From contig CP068257.2 in NCBI GenBank assembly GCA_009914755.4, forward strand, positions 40,192,001 to 40,256,000: a stretch of DNA of 64,000 nucleotides, written 5' to 3'. This DNA is from the human T2T-CHM13v2.0 reference genome, Homo sapiens. The notes under the pieces were generated by a model. That model was not told the origin of the DNA. It did not search any database and saw only the letters and a program-made list of their open reading frames with translations. The stretch's first letter is position 1; every line of letters starts with the position of its first letter. Made by a program: the position numbers and the translations under genes. Of this stretch, positions 16,706-31,100 are shown one piece after another.

Positions 16706-17619
16706 AGTGGCTCTGCGAGGACCGGCTGGGGTTTGAGGGGAGAGTAACTATGCCACCTTCCAGACCTGTTTGTATTGTTTAAAAAATATGTCTTGGCGAG
16801 GTGCATGCGCTGCTTTTTTTTTTTAATAACCACCCATGTGCCGTCCTTGCGCAAAGTTACCCTGGAGGAGGGGCAAGAGCCTGTGCTGGCCTCTGAGGTG
16901 AGGAACAGAGGGCCAGGAAGTGGGGAAAGGAAAGACCCCCTTTCTGGCCTTTTCTGCAGGCAGTTCTTTCAGGCTTTGACACGCAGCGTTATTCTACGGG
17001 TGCTCATAGGGGTCACCCGGCGAGTGCAGTTCATGCAGCTCCTGTGTTTCCAACACACTGTCACCGGGACAGCATGAGCAGGGTCGCTTGAAACAGCCCA
17101 AGACAAACCTGCCGCTCCAAAACTTTTAGGAAGTTGTTTTAAAAAAAAAATAAAAACAGGAATGGGTTAAAATTATGATGTGTACTGGAATTATCTTTGT
17201 ATTTTGCTTACTAAGTTGAGACATCTTATTACTAGGTTTGTTATTAATGAATGTTCTGTCGTTACAATGAAGATTCCTCGGCCGTGGTGAGTTTCTCTCT
17301 CACCACGCAGCCGATTCTAGTCTGCGTAGTGAATACACTGAGGGTTTTGCATCTACTGTCAGACCCCGTGGTGGCTTTGGGAATCATTCTATACTTTAAA
17401 CAATTAGATCCTGCATTATTTTCCTACTTTTAAAACGATTTGTTTGTGCCTTTAAATTTATCACATCTTTCTGCTTTCTGGACTACTTGATTTTTCTTGC
17501 AGATTCCTGATTTAAATGCTGCCTCGAGTCCTTCTTTCCTTAAGTAAGCGACTGAAGCCTATGGGCTTCCAGGGCCACACTCTGGCAATGCCTCTCGCAC
17601 TATGGTAGATACCTTGGTC

Positions 17620-17960
17620 ACATCCCCTTCCAGAGCCCTGCAGCTGGGCGGCCTGGCTGAGCCTGGCCCGTGGCCCCCGGCACCCACACCCACCTTTCCC
17701 ACACTCCCAGTTCTCGCTCACATCCCCTCCCAGCGCCCTGCAGCAGCTGAGCGGCCTGGCTGAGCCTGGCCCGTGGCCCTGGCGCCTGTACCCACCTTTC
17801 CCACACTCGGCCCGTGGCCCCGGCCCCCGCCCCCGCCACACCCACCTTCCCCACACTCCCAGTTCTCGCTCATGTCCCCTTCCAGCACCCTGCAGCAGGG
17901 TGGCCTGGCTGAGCCTGGCCCATGTCCCCAGCACCCGTACCCACCTTTCCCACACTCGGC
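17620..17960. repeat. ~105-bp tandem repeat x3 abutting exon 17945-18064. The unit is the exon terminus plus splice donor plus proximal intron.
   Basis: On the + strand CCCACCTTTCCCACACTC[CCAGTTCTCGCTCAYRTCCCCTYCCAG...CCTGGCTGAGCCTGGCCC] recurs at ~17690, ~17795, ~17845 and 17941. The last copy is the real donor. Confidence 0.85.
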
Positions 17961-18064
17961 ACACAGGTACTCGCGGACGTTGTCGTGCACACGCATGTGC
18001 TCCTTCAGCATGTCCTTCCTGGCAAAGGACTTCCCACACTGCTCGCAGGCGTGGCTCTTCACAC
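17945..18064 (-). CDS. PRDM15: PRDM15 coding exon, 120 nt, C2H2 fingers ([39 protein letters not shown])
   Basis: Matches ORF 17718..18137. Acceptor gttctcag|GTGTGAAG and donor GGGAAAG|gtgggtac. The donor region is copied into the downstream tandem array (see repeat 17620-17960). Confidence 0.85.
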
Positions 18065-18200
18065 CTGAGAACACAGGCATCTGCCACTCAGAGCCGAGCA
18101 GCTCCGACCTGCAGTGGCTGCAAAGAGGATGCACCAAGGAGAGGGGCCCAGCCTCCCCAGCAGCTAGAAGCGCAGTAACAGGGGTGGGGTCGCCTCTTCA

Positions 18201-18614
<414 letters not shown>

Positions 18615-18689
18615 TCATCTGCAAAGGTGAGGCAACAAGGTGCCACGGGGATGATAAAAGAAGCAGATATTTGAGCCTCTGCCACGGGC

Positions 18690-19075
18690 TCAATCGTAAC
18701 CCCCCGAATTCCTACATCGAAGTCTTAACCCCGGCACTTCACAATGTGACTATGTTTGGAGATGGGGTCTTTGCAGAGGTGATTACATGGAAAAGAGGCC
18801 ATCAGGGTGGTCCCTGACCAATCTGACCAGTGTCCTTATAAGAAGATGAGATTGGGCACAGACACGCACAGTGGAACGGCCCTATGAGGACACAGGGAGA
18901 AGACGGCATTTAAGGGCCAAGGAGAGAAGTGTCAGAGGAGGCGGCCCTGCCGCCACCGTGACCCCTGAGCTCCCGCCTCCAGGACTGAAGATGGTAAGTG
19001 TCTGTTGTTTAGGCTGTGCCGGCTATGGTTCTTTGTTAGCGCCCCTGCACGGGACTGTTTAGTCACTCACTCAGC
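18690..19075 (+). mobile_element. MaLR-family LTR (MST/MLT1-like) solo LTR
   Basis: Characteristic MaLR LTR segments: ...GTGACTATGTTTGGAGATGGGGTCTTTGCAGAGGTGATTA...GTCCTTATAAGAAGATGAGATTGGGCACAGACACGCACAG...GGACACAGGGAGAAGACGGC...CTGTTGTTTAGGCTGTGCC... Confidence 0.5.
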
Positions 19076-19428
19076 AGACCGCGCAGATTATGGCCTGTAT
19101 GTCAGATGTGGCCTGGCATTAATGAAATCTAATTGTTGCAGGAAAAAGCATTTTGGGTCATTCTGTAGGCAGGGCAGGAACCCCGCTATTTTCCTGTAAC
19201 ATGGCCAGCTGGTGCCAGGAGACTATGCGGAAGCACAGGATAAACCCCAGCCCTGCTGCCCCTAGCCCAGCTGCCCCCGAGCCCTGCTGCGCCCCCAGCT
19301 CTGGCCCTGAGACCCAGAGGACATCACTTGTTGGAAGCTACAAATGGCTCCTTATAGCATGTGTCTCTTTGCAAGGAAGCATGTCCCCTCTCTCCTGACA
19401 CAACCCGGGAGCCCCCGACCAGGCCTCA

Positions 19429-19731
<303 letters not shown>

Positions 19732-19859
19732 TCAGAGGCTTGATGGGGAACTTTTCCGAAGCCATAAGGCCTCATGCCCAAAACTCAAGAGCACGGGTGT
19801 CCTCGGAAACAAACCACCCTCCTTTTTGGAGAGCCCCTTCCATGCACAGGGGAGGCCTC

Positions 19860-19930
19860 GTGAGGGCTTCAGGCCTCAGCAGGGAGGAGGAGGGGGAGGA
19901 GAGAAGGGGAGGGGAAAAGGGGAGGAGAGA
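19860..19930. repeat. Purine (GA/GGA)-rich tract
   Basis: gcagggaggaggagggggaggagagaaggggaggggaaaaggggaggagagagg. Confidence 0.8.
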
Positions 19931-20010
19931 GGCGCCCCAGCCTGTAGCCAGCACAGCCACCTTCTAGGAGGCCGACCCCCACACTTCATGTGTGTTCCTG
20001 AACCGTGTCA

Positions 20011-20427
<417 letters not shown>

Positions 20428-21115
20428 CTAACAGCGCAGCAGACGCTTCACTCAGTTATCTACACCGCAGGGACGACCAATCATTTCCCCAGATGCAGAA
20501 GAAAATGCCTCTCTGATGCCCGTGGCGCCCTAACGAGCTACACTTGTGCCCTAGCCCATCCCAGCTTGTCCCCAGAGGTCCCCACCTAAACGCTAAAGCT
20601 GCCCTTGCTCTCCACGCCGCCCGCGGCTTCCTCTCACATGCGCCCAGCAAGATCCCAATCTGTGCCCAGGGCCAGGCACTGCTGGGAAGTCCCCCTAGTG
20701 AGTCTCCCATACCACCTGTTACTTTTTCAGTTCTTGATCAGCGCTTCTCCCAGCCTTTATCACACCTCAAGTCCTCCCTGCTCCCGGGGCTTCTGCTCCG
20801 TTCCTCTCTTTCCTCAAAGGTGGGGAGGGACACAGATGCCAGCACCGGGCTGAGAAGCAGCCACGGCGGGAGAGCAGTACTTCAAGCCTGGCAGTTGGGC
20901 CACAGGAGGTGAGGCCATTGCAGTCACAGAATTCATTTTGGAGAGATAAAATGCGACCAGTTGTCAACTATTTGAGGACGCTGCTGTGGTCTGAATACTT
21001 GAACCCTCCCAAATTCCCATGTTGAATCCTAACTCACCAGGAAATGGTATCAGGAAGCAGGGCCTCTGGGAGGCCATTAGGTCATGAGGCTGGAGCCCTC
21101 AAGATTGGGATTTGG

Positions 21116-21411
21116 GGTGGGGCATGGTGGCTCACGCCTGTAATCGCAGCACTTTGGGAGGCTGAGGCAGGCGGATCACTTGAGGTCAGGAGTTCAAGAC
21201 CAGCCGGGCCAACAAGGTGAAACCCTGTCTCTACCAAAAATACAAAAATTAGCTGGACATTATGGTGGATGCTTATAGTTCCAGCTACTTGGGAGGCTGA
21301 GGCGGGAGAATCACTTGAACCCAGGAGGTGGAGGATGCAGTAAGATCTTGCCATTGTACTCCAGCCTGGGCGACAGAACGAGACTCCGTCTCAAAAAAAA
21401 AAAAAAAAAAA
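21116..21411 (+). mobile_element. Alu SINE with poly-A tail
   Basis: GGCATGGTGGCTCACGCCTGTAATCGCAGCACTTTGGGAGGCTGAGGCAGG ... poly-A at 21393-21411. Confidence 0.9.
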
Positions 21412-21605
21412 GAATGGGATTTGGGCCCTTATAGAAGAGATCCCTACCCTTCTACCATGTGAGGACACAGTGAGAAGGCGCCGTCTACGAACCAGGAAGT
21501 GAGCCTCGCCAGACACCGAATCTATGGGGGCTTTGGGGTCTAGCCTCCAGAACCGTGAGCAGCACATGTCTGCCCAGAAGCTGCCCTGCCCGCAGAACTC
21601 TGCTA

Positions 21606-21875
<270 letters not shown>

Positions 21876-24299
21876 TCAGGCTCCTCTGGGGAAACCACAA
21901 CCCGGGACGGAAACACAGCACTGTGCTCCAGGCCTTGCATCTCCAGTTCCTCAGTGTGTGAGAGACACAAATAATCACTGATGCCGGAATAAGGGTTACT
22001 TGCTGAATTGTGTAAACAGGTGCTTACGTTACAATAGAAAATTGACCATTTCCTAGTCTTTATTATAAATGTTAGTTCAGCTCCATTTTTTTAAGCCCAT
22101 TTAAATATTTCCCTAGGATGGACTACCAAGGAACCAGCAAACCACAGAAGTACCTGCAATTTTCTGAAAGGAGATATCAAAAAAGAAAGCTAGTTACCCC
22201 CTTGGCTTTTATACTGTGTTTAATGCACATTCCCAATGTCTCTGATTTCCTGCTCTTTCCAGCCTGGCATGATGGGTGTGGAGATGCACCCATTCATCCA
22301 ATACGCATCCAAGGGGGTCACCTCTGTGACCAGGGCTGGGGTTGGCGCTGGGTGGTCCACATGACAGATGTGGCCCCACTGGCACAGAGCAGTGGACAAG
22401 GCTGGAAGCTGAGACCACTGCTAGGGCCCTAGAAACCCCAGCGCTCCACAGAACTCTGCGGGTCTCTATCTGGATGGCTATTCCCAGCGGCCACGTAATC
22501 CGGGGTGTGACCTCCTAAAGTTCGCCTGATGCCCACATTGTCAAGAAGAGAACAGATGAATGAAAAGAAATGAGTGATTCGCTAGGGACAGGATGCCGGC
22601 ATCTCCAGGCGACATCTCTTTCCAAGATGTGCAGATGACTCGGGCTGACAGCGCTGTGCCCCATCCCAGGGATGCTAGGTGGGGCAATGCGACAGGGTGA
22701 AAGGTGAGCAGGAGAGGACAGAGTCTGCAGATGTCATGGTCTTTACAGGGAAGACTGGGCTGAAGACGACTAATAACTGGAAACAACAAAGAATTCAGTC
22801 ACCCAAACTACAGGCTATTTCACACCTGCCTCAACCCTCAGTGTTTATTCAATAAACACTTCACAGAATAAAAACCTGTTTGGATGTCAGGCACAGAGCT
22901 GGTTTTGCACAAACGATCTCTCAACAGCATGGAAGGCACTTGGAGCCGGTACCCCCCAAGGGGCAGAGGTCAGTGGACAGAAAGACTGGGGACGGGGGAT
23001 AAGGGGCACAGGCTTCGCCCACCTCTGCCCTGTGCATAGCTGGCCCAGCTCGCAAAGTCACTCCAACTCACCTGCTCTACCCCAGCCCTGCCCCTCCAGC
23101 CCACAGTCCGGAGCCTCACCTGGACCCCCAGCCACACCTCCCTGCTCACTCATTTGCTCAGGCTTGCTCTGTGGTTTGAAAAAAATCAGGAAATTTCATA
23201 TAAACACTGAGATTTCCATTTTCTCTTTAAAAGGTCAAAAGCTCGGTGATGATGCTGCATGCTGGAAGGCAGGACGGCGGGGACGGTGACAGCGGGCCTC
23301 CTGCGGGGGCCTGTGCTCCCAGCTGCTGAAACGCTGGATGAGCGTCGCTCCGGGGCTCACGTGAGCTGTGTGTGGCTGGGGCACCCTCCCCTTGGCGGCT
23401 CCTAAAGCCACTTGAGCGACGTGCTGGAGCTGCTGGGCCCAGAGCCCGCTTGGGAGCTGCTCAGAACCCTTACTCTGCAGCATGAGCTTTGCATCCTGTG
23501 AGGGACAGTTCCTAGGCCTCCGAGGACAGATGACATCTTACAGTCACCTGAGTGAAAGCTAAGTAACAAAGAAGTGATGCCACCTCCAGTCACAACCAAG
23601 GTGCTTCTGCACAGAACTTGGGGCCATGGCAGCCTGACAGCTGTGAGGACCACGGCATGGACCCCAGGCTCTCCCGGGACGCGCAGCGTGTTTGCTGGAT
23701 GTTTAGGATCCAGCATCTCTGCCAAGCAGCCAGGTGTCTGAATCATGAGCTAGTGCCAGGATGGCCCCCCTCACCGTGCAGCCCTCGGATGGATGTGCTC
23801 CCATGGATGACATCACCCTTTCCTCTCTTGGGCAGCGCTGGGCATCCACTGAACGTGCCTGGGAGCACCTGCCATGGGATCGGCCATGCTCTAACTTACA
23901 GAATGCCAGCCATCCACTGCACGGAGGAGACCGGCACTGACAGGCAAAATAAAGCCACTGGGTCCCCCTGCGTCCTCATTCATTGTGCCCCAGTCCTGAC
24001 CACAAGGTCACTGTCTCAACGATGCTATACAGGAGAGTGGGAGCCAGGGAGCAGCTCAGGAGGAAAATCATGGCAAAGAGGAAAAGAGGCTGTCCAGGAA
24101 GAATCCTTCTTTCTCAGCCCACTCACTGGAAACCCATCTTAAGTACCAAAGAAATCCAAATGGCAAGTGTTTAAAATGGGTGGACACCAGTTTAAGACAA
24201 CCTGAGCACCCATCGTTACCCCCCAAATCTTCCTTGCAATATTCTATAAGTACAGCTCATAGAGTCTTAACTGAAGAAAATGATGTGCTTTCCATCTCA

Positions 24300-24560
<261 letters not shown>

Positions 24561-25740
24561 TTAAGTAACATCACTTGCACACTGTTTGGCATCAGCACTA
24601 ACCACCATTCCTGAAGCAGCCCCAGGGAAGGAAGGGAGATGGCACAACGTATGTGGGATCTGCCGAGACAGTTCTCGCATCTGAAACATTTGGAAATATA
24701 ATGGCATCGAGTGCTAAATGTTCCTAGGTGGCAGAGCTATGATGAGCTCCTATGGAAGAAGGCACTTCTAACTCCATCTAAAGGCTCAAAGCCAAGTTAT
24801 GATTCTTATAGATAGTGAAATAGGCAGGCATTTTTTATTTAAAAGATACTAATATTCATCTCTCGCAAATTAACATTAGTCAAATCAACATCAGGCTGGT
24901 AAATACAACCTTTATGGTTTTGAGGCATATTGTTCCAAATTGGGATCAAGACAGACTTTTAAATGTTCATGCAAAACAGGTAAGTTTTGACCAAAAGAGA
25001 GAAACCCACTTCTCAGGATCTCTTTCTACACTGCCGACCCATTCTGGGAGCATTCCTGCCTGGCCAGGTGTAAGTGCAGAGTTGGATTTAAAAATGCTCA
25101 GCAAACTGGACGTTGGACAAACGGACCGTTCTCCAAAGGCTCCCAGCATGACAGACACAGGAGTCTGAGGCGCAGCTTAGACTAAGCTCCAATATGAGGG
25201 ACAAACCCATAAAACAGTCACAAAAACATGAGTTTACTCCCACAGAAGACGACCCGAGTTACATTAAACTGTAAAATGCAACCCAGCTACACTGTGTCCC
25301 TGGAAACAGCTGACTTCTGGCAGCATCCACAGTTACTGGCATTTATGGGCGCTTGCCATGTGCGGGGTCCTGTGTGAGAAGTTTCAAGAGCAGGGTCTGG
25401 TGCAACCATCACAGCAATGCTAGGGGTTCAGGTCTGAGTACTGTCTCCCCTGCATAGGTGAGAAAACTGAGGCACAGTAGCTTGCTAAGGCTACCCAGTC
25501 ACTAAGTGGAGTCCAGGTTTGATTCGAGAGGCCCTAAGTATACCACCCAAGGAACCACAAAGAAAAACGTTGTCGGTCTTTATGAATCAACATGAAGAAA
25601 AGAGTTGAGCAAAAAAGGAAAGTGCTAAAAGGTACACAGGATGCAATTCCAGCCTTGTTTTTTTAAAAAAGGGACGAAGGCACATGCGTATGCCTATTTG
25701 GACGGACATGGTTATACTTCATTTTTTATTTTTGTATATA

Positions 25741-26102
<362 letters not shown>

Positions 26103-26374
26103 TAATGAAAAGGTGTATGAAGGGCTGCTGCTCTTAGTTGCTCTTATACTGGTTTTTCCCACTTTCTGTCATATTGAAAGCATTTTTCACAATATCTAGT
26201 ATCTTTGAAAAAACACTTCTAATGACAGTGAAACACTGGACCCCACAAATCGTCCAGTTTTCTTAGCTCCTTCCCCAGTGTGGAACATTTAGGGTATTTC
26301 CAGCTGTTTCTCCTTGCGCACAGCAGGTCTGACACCTGTGTCTCAGCAACTTACTCTCCTGAGACAGGTTCTCA

Positions 26375-26749
<375 letters not shown>

Positions 26750-27229
26750 TCACGCAGGCACGCACGTGTGGCCTGAACGTCAATAAAGCGCGGGTGACGG
26801 GCATGAGAGTCACGGGGATGCGTGGCCAGGAAGAAAACAGCACCTGTGTGTCATACACTGTCTACCCCAGGAACTCACGATGCAGAGACGGGAACCCCGG
26901 TGCTTGAAAAGCAGACACGGAGCTCACCTTTCATCACCAAGCAACGCCAGCCGCCTCCCTCCCGGGCCACCCTGCCCCACAGCACCTGGGGACGATGACT
27001 CCACTTCCGTCAGGAAAGCTGCCCAGTCCAAAGCTTCCCCTGGGCCTGCACCCTCCACCCAGCATGACTGACTGACAGATAGAATGACCTACCTACCAAC
27101 CAACCAACCAACCACCCGAGCAACTGACCACCGACCAATGTGGCCGCCCCTGCCCCCAGGATCCCTGGTGTTGGCCCCTCCCAACTCCTTCCCCGTGGGC
27201 GGGCATCAATGTGCCCATATTCCCCCCTT

Positions 27230-29080
27230 CACCCAAATCCTCCTCAGCACACACACAATCACACACCACACAAATACAAACACACTCAACACACACCCCC
27301 CACACAAATACACAATCACACACACCACATACACACACCACACACACATGCCCCACACAAATACACAACCACACACACCACATACACACTACACACACAC
27401 GCCCCACCCAAATGCACAATCACACACACCATACACACACCACACACACACGCCCCACAGAAATACACAATCACACACACCACACTCAACATACCACACA
27501 CACATGCCCCACACAAATACACAAATACACAATCACACACACCACATACACACACCACACACACATACACATACATGTCACACACACCATCACACACTAT
27601 GCAAATACATACACACCCAACACACATCACACACACACACATGCCCCACACAAATACACAATCACATACCACACAAATAATATACTCAACACACCACACA
27701 AAAACACATGCCCCACAAATACACAATCACACACACCACAAATACACACATATTCAACATAAACTACACACACAATACACAAATAACACCACACACAGAA
27801 GCCACAAATACTCAACACACCACAGATGCAAGCCCCACACAAATGCACAATTACACCACATACACATTCAACACATCACACACATATAATCACACACCAC
27901 ACAGATACACTCAACATACACCACATACACAACCCACAAACAGACATTCAACACACACCACATACACTATCACACACCACACAAATACACCTGCACTCAA
28001 TACACACCACAAATACATTCAACACATACCACACATACACCCCAAATATACACACACCACACAAATGTACTCATACCACACACACGAGCCCCACATAAAT
28101 GCACTATACCACATACACACACATTCAACACACCACACACATATAATCACACCACACAGATACACTCAACATACACCACACACACCCCACATACACACAT
28201 TCAACACACACCATATACATTATCACATACCACATACACACACACTCAACACACACCACACACAAATATACATTCAACACACACCACTCACCCCAAATAC
28301 CCAATCACATACTACACAAATACACAGTCAACACACACCACATAAACATACACTCAACACATACTACACAAACACACATACTCAACACACCACAGAAATA
28401 TACAATCATACAACGTACACCCACACATTCAACACACACACCACATACATACTCAACATACACCACAAACTCAACACACACCACACACAAAAATACACAT
28501 TCAACACACACCCCACACAAATACACACACAACACACACATTCAACATACCCCCAACACAAATACACACATTCAACACAAACCACAATCACACCACACAC
28601 TCAACACACACCACACACACACCCCCCACACAAATACACACTCAACACACACATCCACATACATGCCCCACACAACACATACTCAACACATACACCACAC
28701 ACAACCCACACACAAATACACACACAACATACAAACACATACGCTCAGCACACCAAATACACACACCACACATAAATACACAATCACATATCACACACAC
28801 CAAATACACACTGAACACATACCACACACATACACCACACACACACTGAACACATACCACACACACATAATACGCCACACCAAATACACACCACACACGA
28901 ATACACACAAATCACACATACCACAAATACACTCAACACACACACCACACACCTCATATTCAACACACACCACATACACACAAACACACCACAGAAATAC
29001 TCAACACACACACCACACAAATACTAAACACACACCACACAAATACATCCACACACCACAGAAACACACAGCCACACACA
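27230..29080. repeat. CA-rich complex tandem repeat, about 1.85 kb (caacacacaccacacaaatacacaatcaca variants)
   Basis: Continuous C/A-only low-complexity sequence with ~25-35 bp periodicity. Source of the His/Thr-rich and Cys/Val-rich artefact ORFs. Confidence 0.95.
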
Positions 29081-30629
29081 GTCCATGAAGCTTCCAGAAA
29101 CACCTATATCCCTGCATCCCAGACCTCATCTCCAGCCCCTCCTGGAAGGTAGCCAGTCAAACTGTGGTTTCGGCTCCGCCCAGGACACTGACAGCCCCCC
29201 AGTGCCATCTGTCCCTCTGACTCTCACACAGGCACCTCGGGGGTCCTCACTGCCCAGTCCCTCACCCTGCAGCAGCAGCCCCAGGTCCCCTCGCCCTGCC
29301 CCCATCCATCAGATGTCTCACCAGTTGACGGCGACCCCGGGGCCCAGCAGAGCTGCATTCTCCTCCCTGTGTCGCCAACGTGGGAGGACATGACAGCTGG
29401 GTGACCCAGGAGCGGGGCACCAGAGCAGACTGCACTTCTGGGCCCCTGGGCTCTCACCCATGGACCAGCTCCCAGGCTCAGTGTTTGCCAAATATACAAA
29501 TCCCCAAAACTGCACTGAAAGCTGCCATTTGTGCAAAGCAGCCGCCCTGCGCCTGTCCCTCTCTGCTGCCCGAGGGAGCCGCCACAGAGTGTCTCAGGGT
29601 CCCCCTGTCTAGGGTTTCCCTGCCTCAGCGTTTTGGGCCAGATCCTTTGTTGTGGGCCACCCTGTGCACCGTGGGATGCTGAGCAGATACCGGGCTTCCA
29701 CCCAGTAGGTGCCAGGAGCACCCCTCCCCACCAAGGTGTCTGCAGACATTGCCGACAGCGTCCCTTGGGGCAAACGCCCTCCACTCTCCACCCCCGCCAG
29801 GTAGAGATTCACTGGCCAGGGCTCACAAAATGAGACTCTCTGGGGTGGGCCTTGGGCCTCCGCATGTGTCTGGCCTCACTCAGGTGATCCCAATGTGCAG
29901 CCCAGGTTGGGGGTGAGGGAAGCAGACAACCTCCCCCGGGAGAGCCAGGCGCTCTCAACTCCTCCCAGCTGGGAATGGACAAGGCATGGCCGACAGCGAA
30001 GACAGGAGACAGCAGTGGGGAAATCTATGCCCCATGGGTGCCACCCTCAGGACAGGGGAAGCGCTGGGAGGGGACAGTCCCCTCCCACAGCTCCAACCAC
30101 GGCAGGACAGTGGGAGGTGGCCTCTGCCAGGGCTGAACACAGTAGAGGTGGCCCTGTGCGAGGCTTCTCTGCCCACATCCCACCCCACCTGCAGCGTGAC
30201 CTCAGCCCAGAGCCAGCCTCACCTGGGCCATAAGAGGAGCACCGTGACAGATGCTACGCTGAGTCCCAGCCTAACATACTGCTTGCCTTCCTTCTATAAA
30301 GTGAAACATTATCCATACAGCCACTGCCCTCAGTTTCGTTTTGGCTTAAGATTTGATGGGCTCTGTCCGGATCCACACGACCGCATGGTATGTGTCCTTC
30401 ACACACTGCGTCTGAGGCGTGCGTGTTTACAGTGCTGGACGTTTTCATGATCACTTTAATGGCTACGTGATATTCCATCCAGCTCACTTCTCAAAACTCA
30501 CTTTGCTATTTTTGACACTGTAGATAATTTAGTGATGGAATCTTTAGTAATGCAGATTTTTTTCTTCTGTCAAATCTCTTTATCATGAATTCTTAGGAAT
30601 GGGACCACTAGAGCCAAGCGCTTTGTGAA

Positions 30630-30900
30630 AGGCCACACCTTACAGCGCTGTGGCATCAGATTGCCACAGGCCACACCTTACAGCACTGTGGCATCGGATC
30701 ACCACAGGCCACACCTTTACAGCACTGTGGCATCAGATCACCAGAGGCCACACCTTACAGCGCTGTGGCATCGGATCACCACAGGCCACACCTTACAGCA
30801 CTGTGGCATCAGATCACCACAGGCCACACCTTTACAGTGCTGTGGCAACGGATCACCATAGGCCACACCTTTACAGTGCTGTGGCATTGGATTGCCACAC
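30630..30900. repeat. Tandem repeat, ~38-39 bp unit (GGCCACACCTTACAGCRCTGTGGCATCRGATYRCCACA) x7
   Basis: Visual periodicity. Confidence 0.9.
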
Positions 30901-30904
30901 TCCC

Positions 30905-31100
30905 CTCAACCTGGGCCTCCTGAACAGCATAGGTGAGCCTCCCTCCCAGCCAGGCACTAAAGAGCACAGGTGAGCCTCCCTCCCGGGCAGGTGCTAAAGA
31001 GCACAGGTGAGCCTCCTTCCCAGGCAGGTACCAACCAATACAAGTGAGCCCCCCTCCCAGGCAGGTGCAAATCAGCACCCATGAGCACCCCCTCCTGGGC
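30905..31100. repeat. Tandem repeat, ~36 bp unit (CAGGCAGGTGCTAAAGAGCACAGGTGAGCCTCCCTCC) x~5
   Basis: Visual periodicity. Confidence 0.8.

Noticed and set aside
17512-18087. 191-aa minus-strand ORF extending a zinc-finger exon
   Set aside because: Only the 17945-18064 portion is exon. The rest reads through the exon-adjacent tandem duplication past a GT donor.
27084-29088. Multiple 100-355 aa ORFs (His/Thr/Pro-rich on +, Cys/Val-rich on -)
   Set aside because: Translation of the CA-rich low-complexity repeat. They are composition artefacts.
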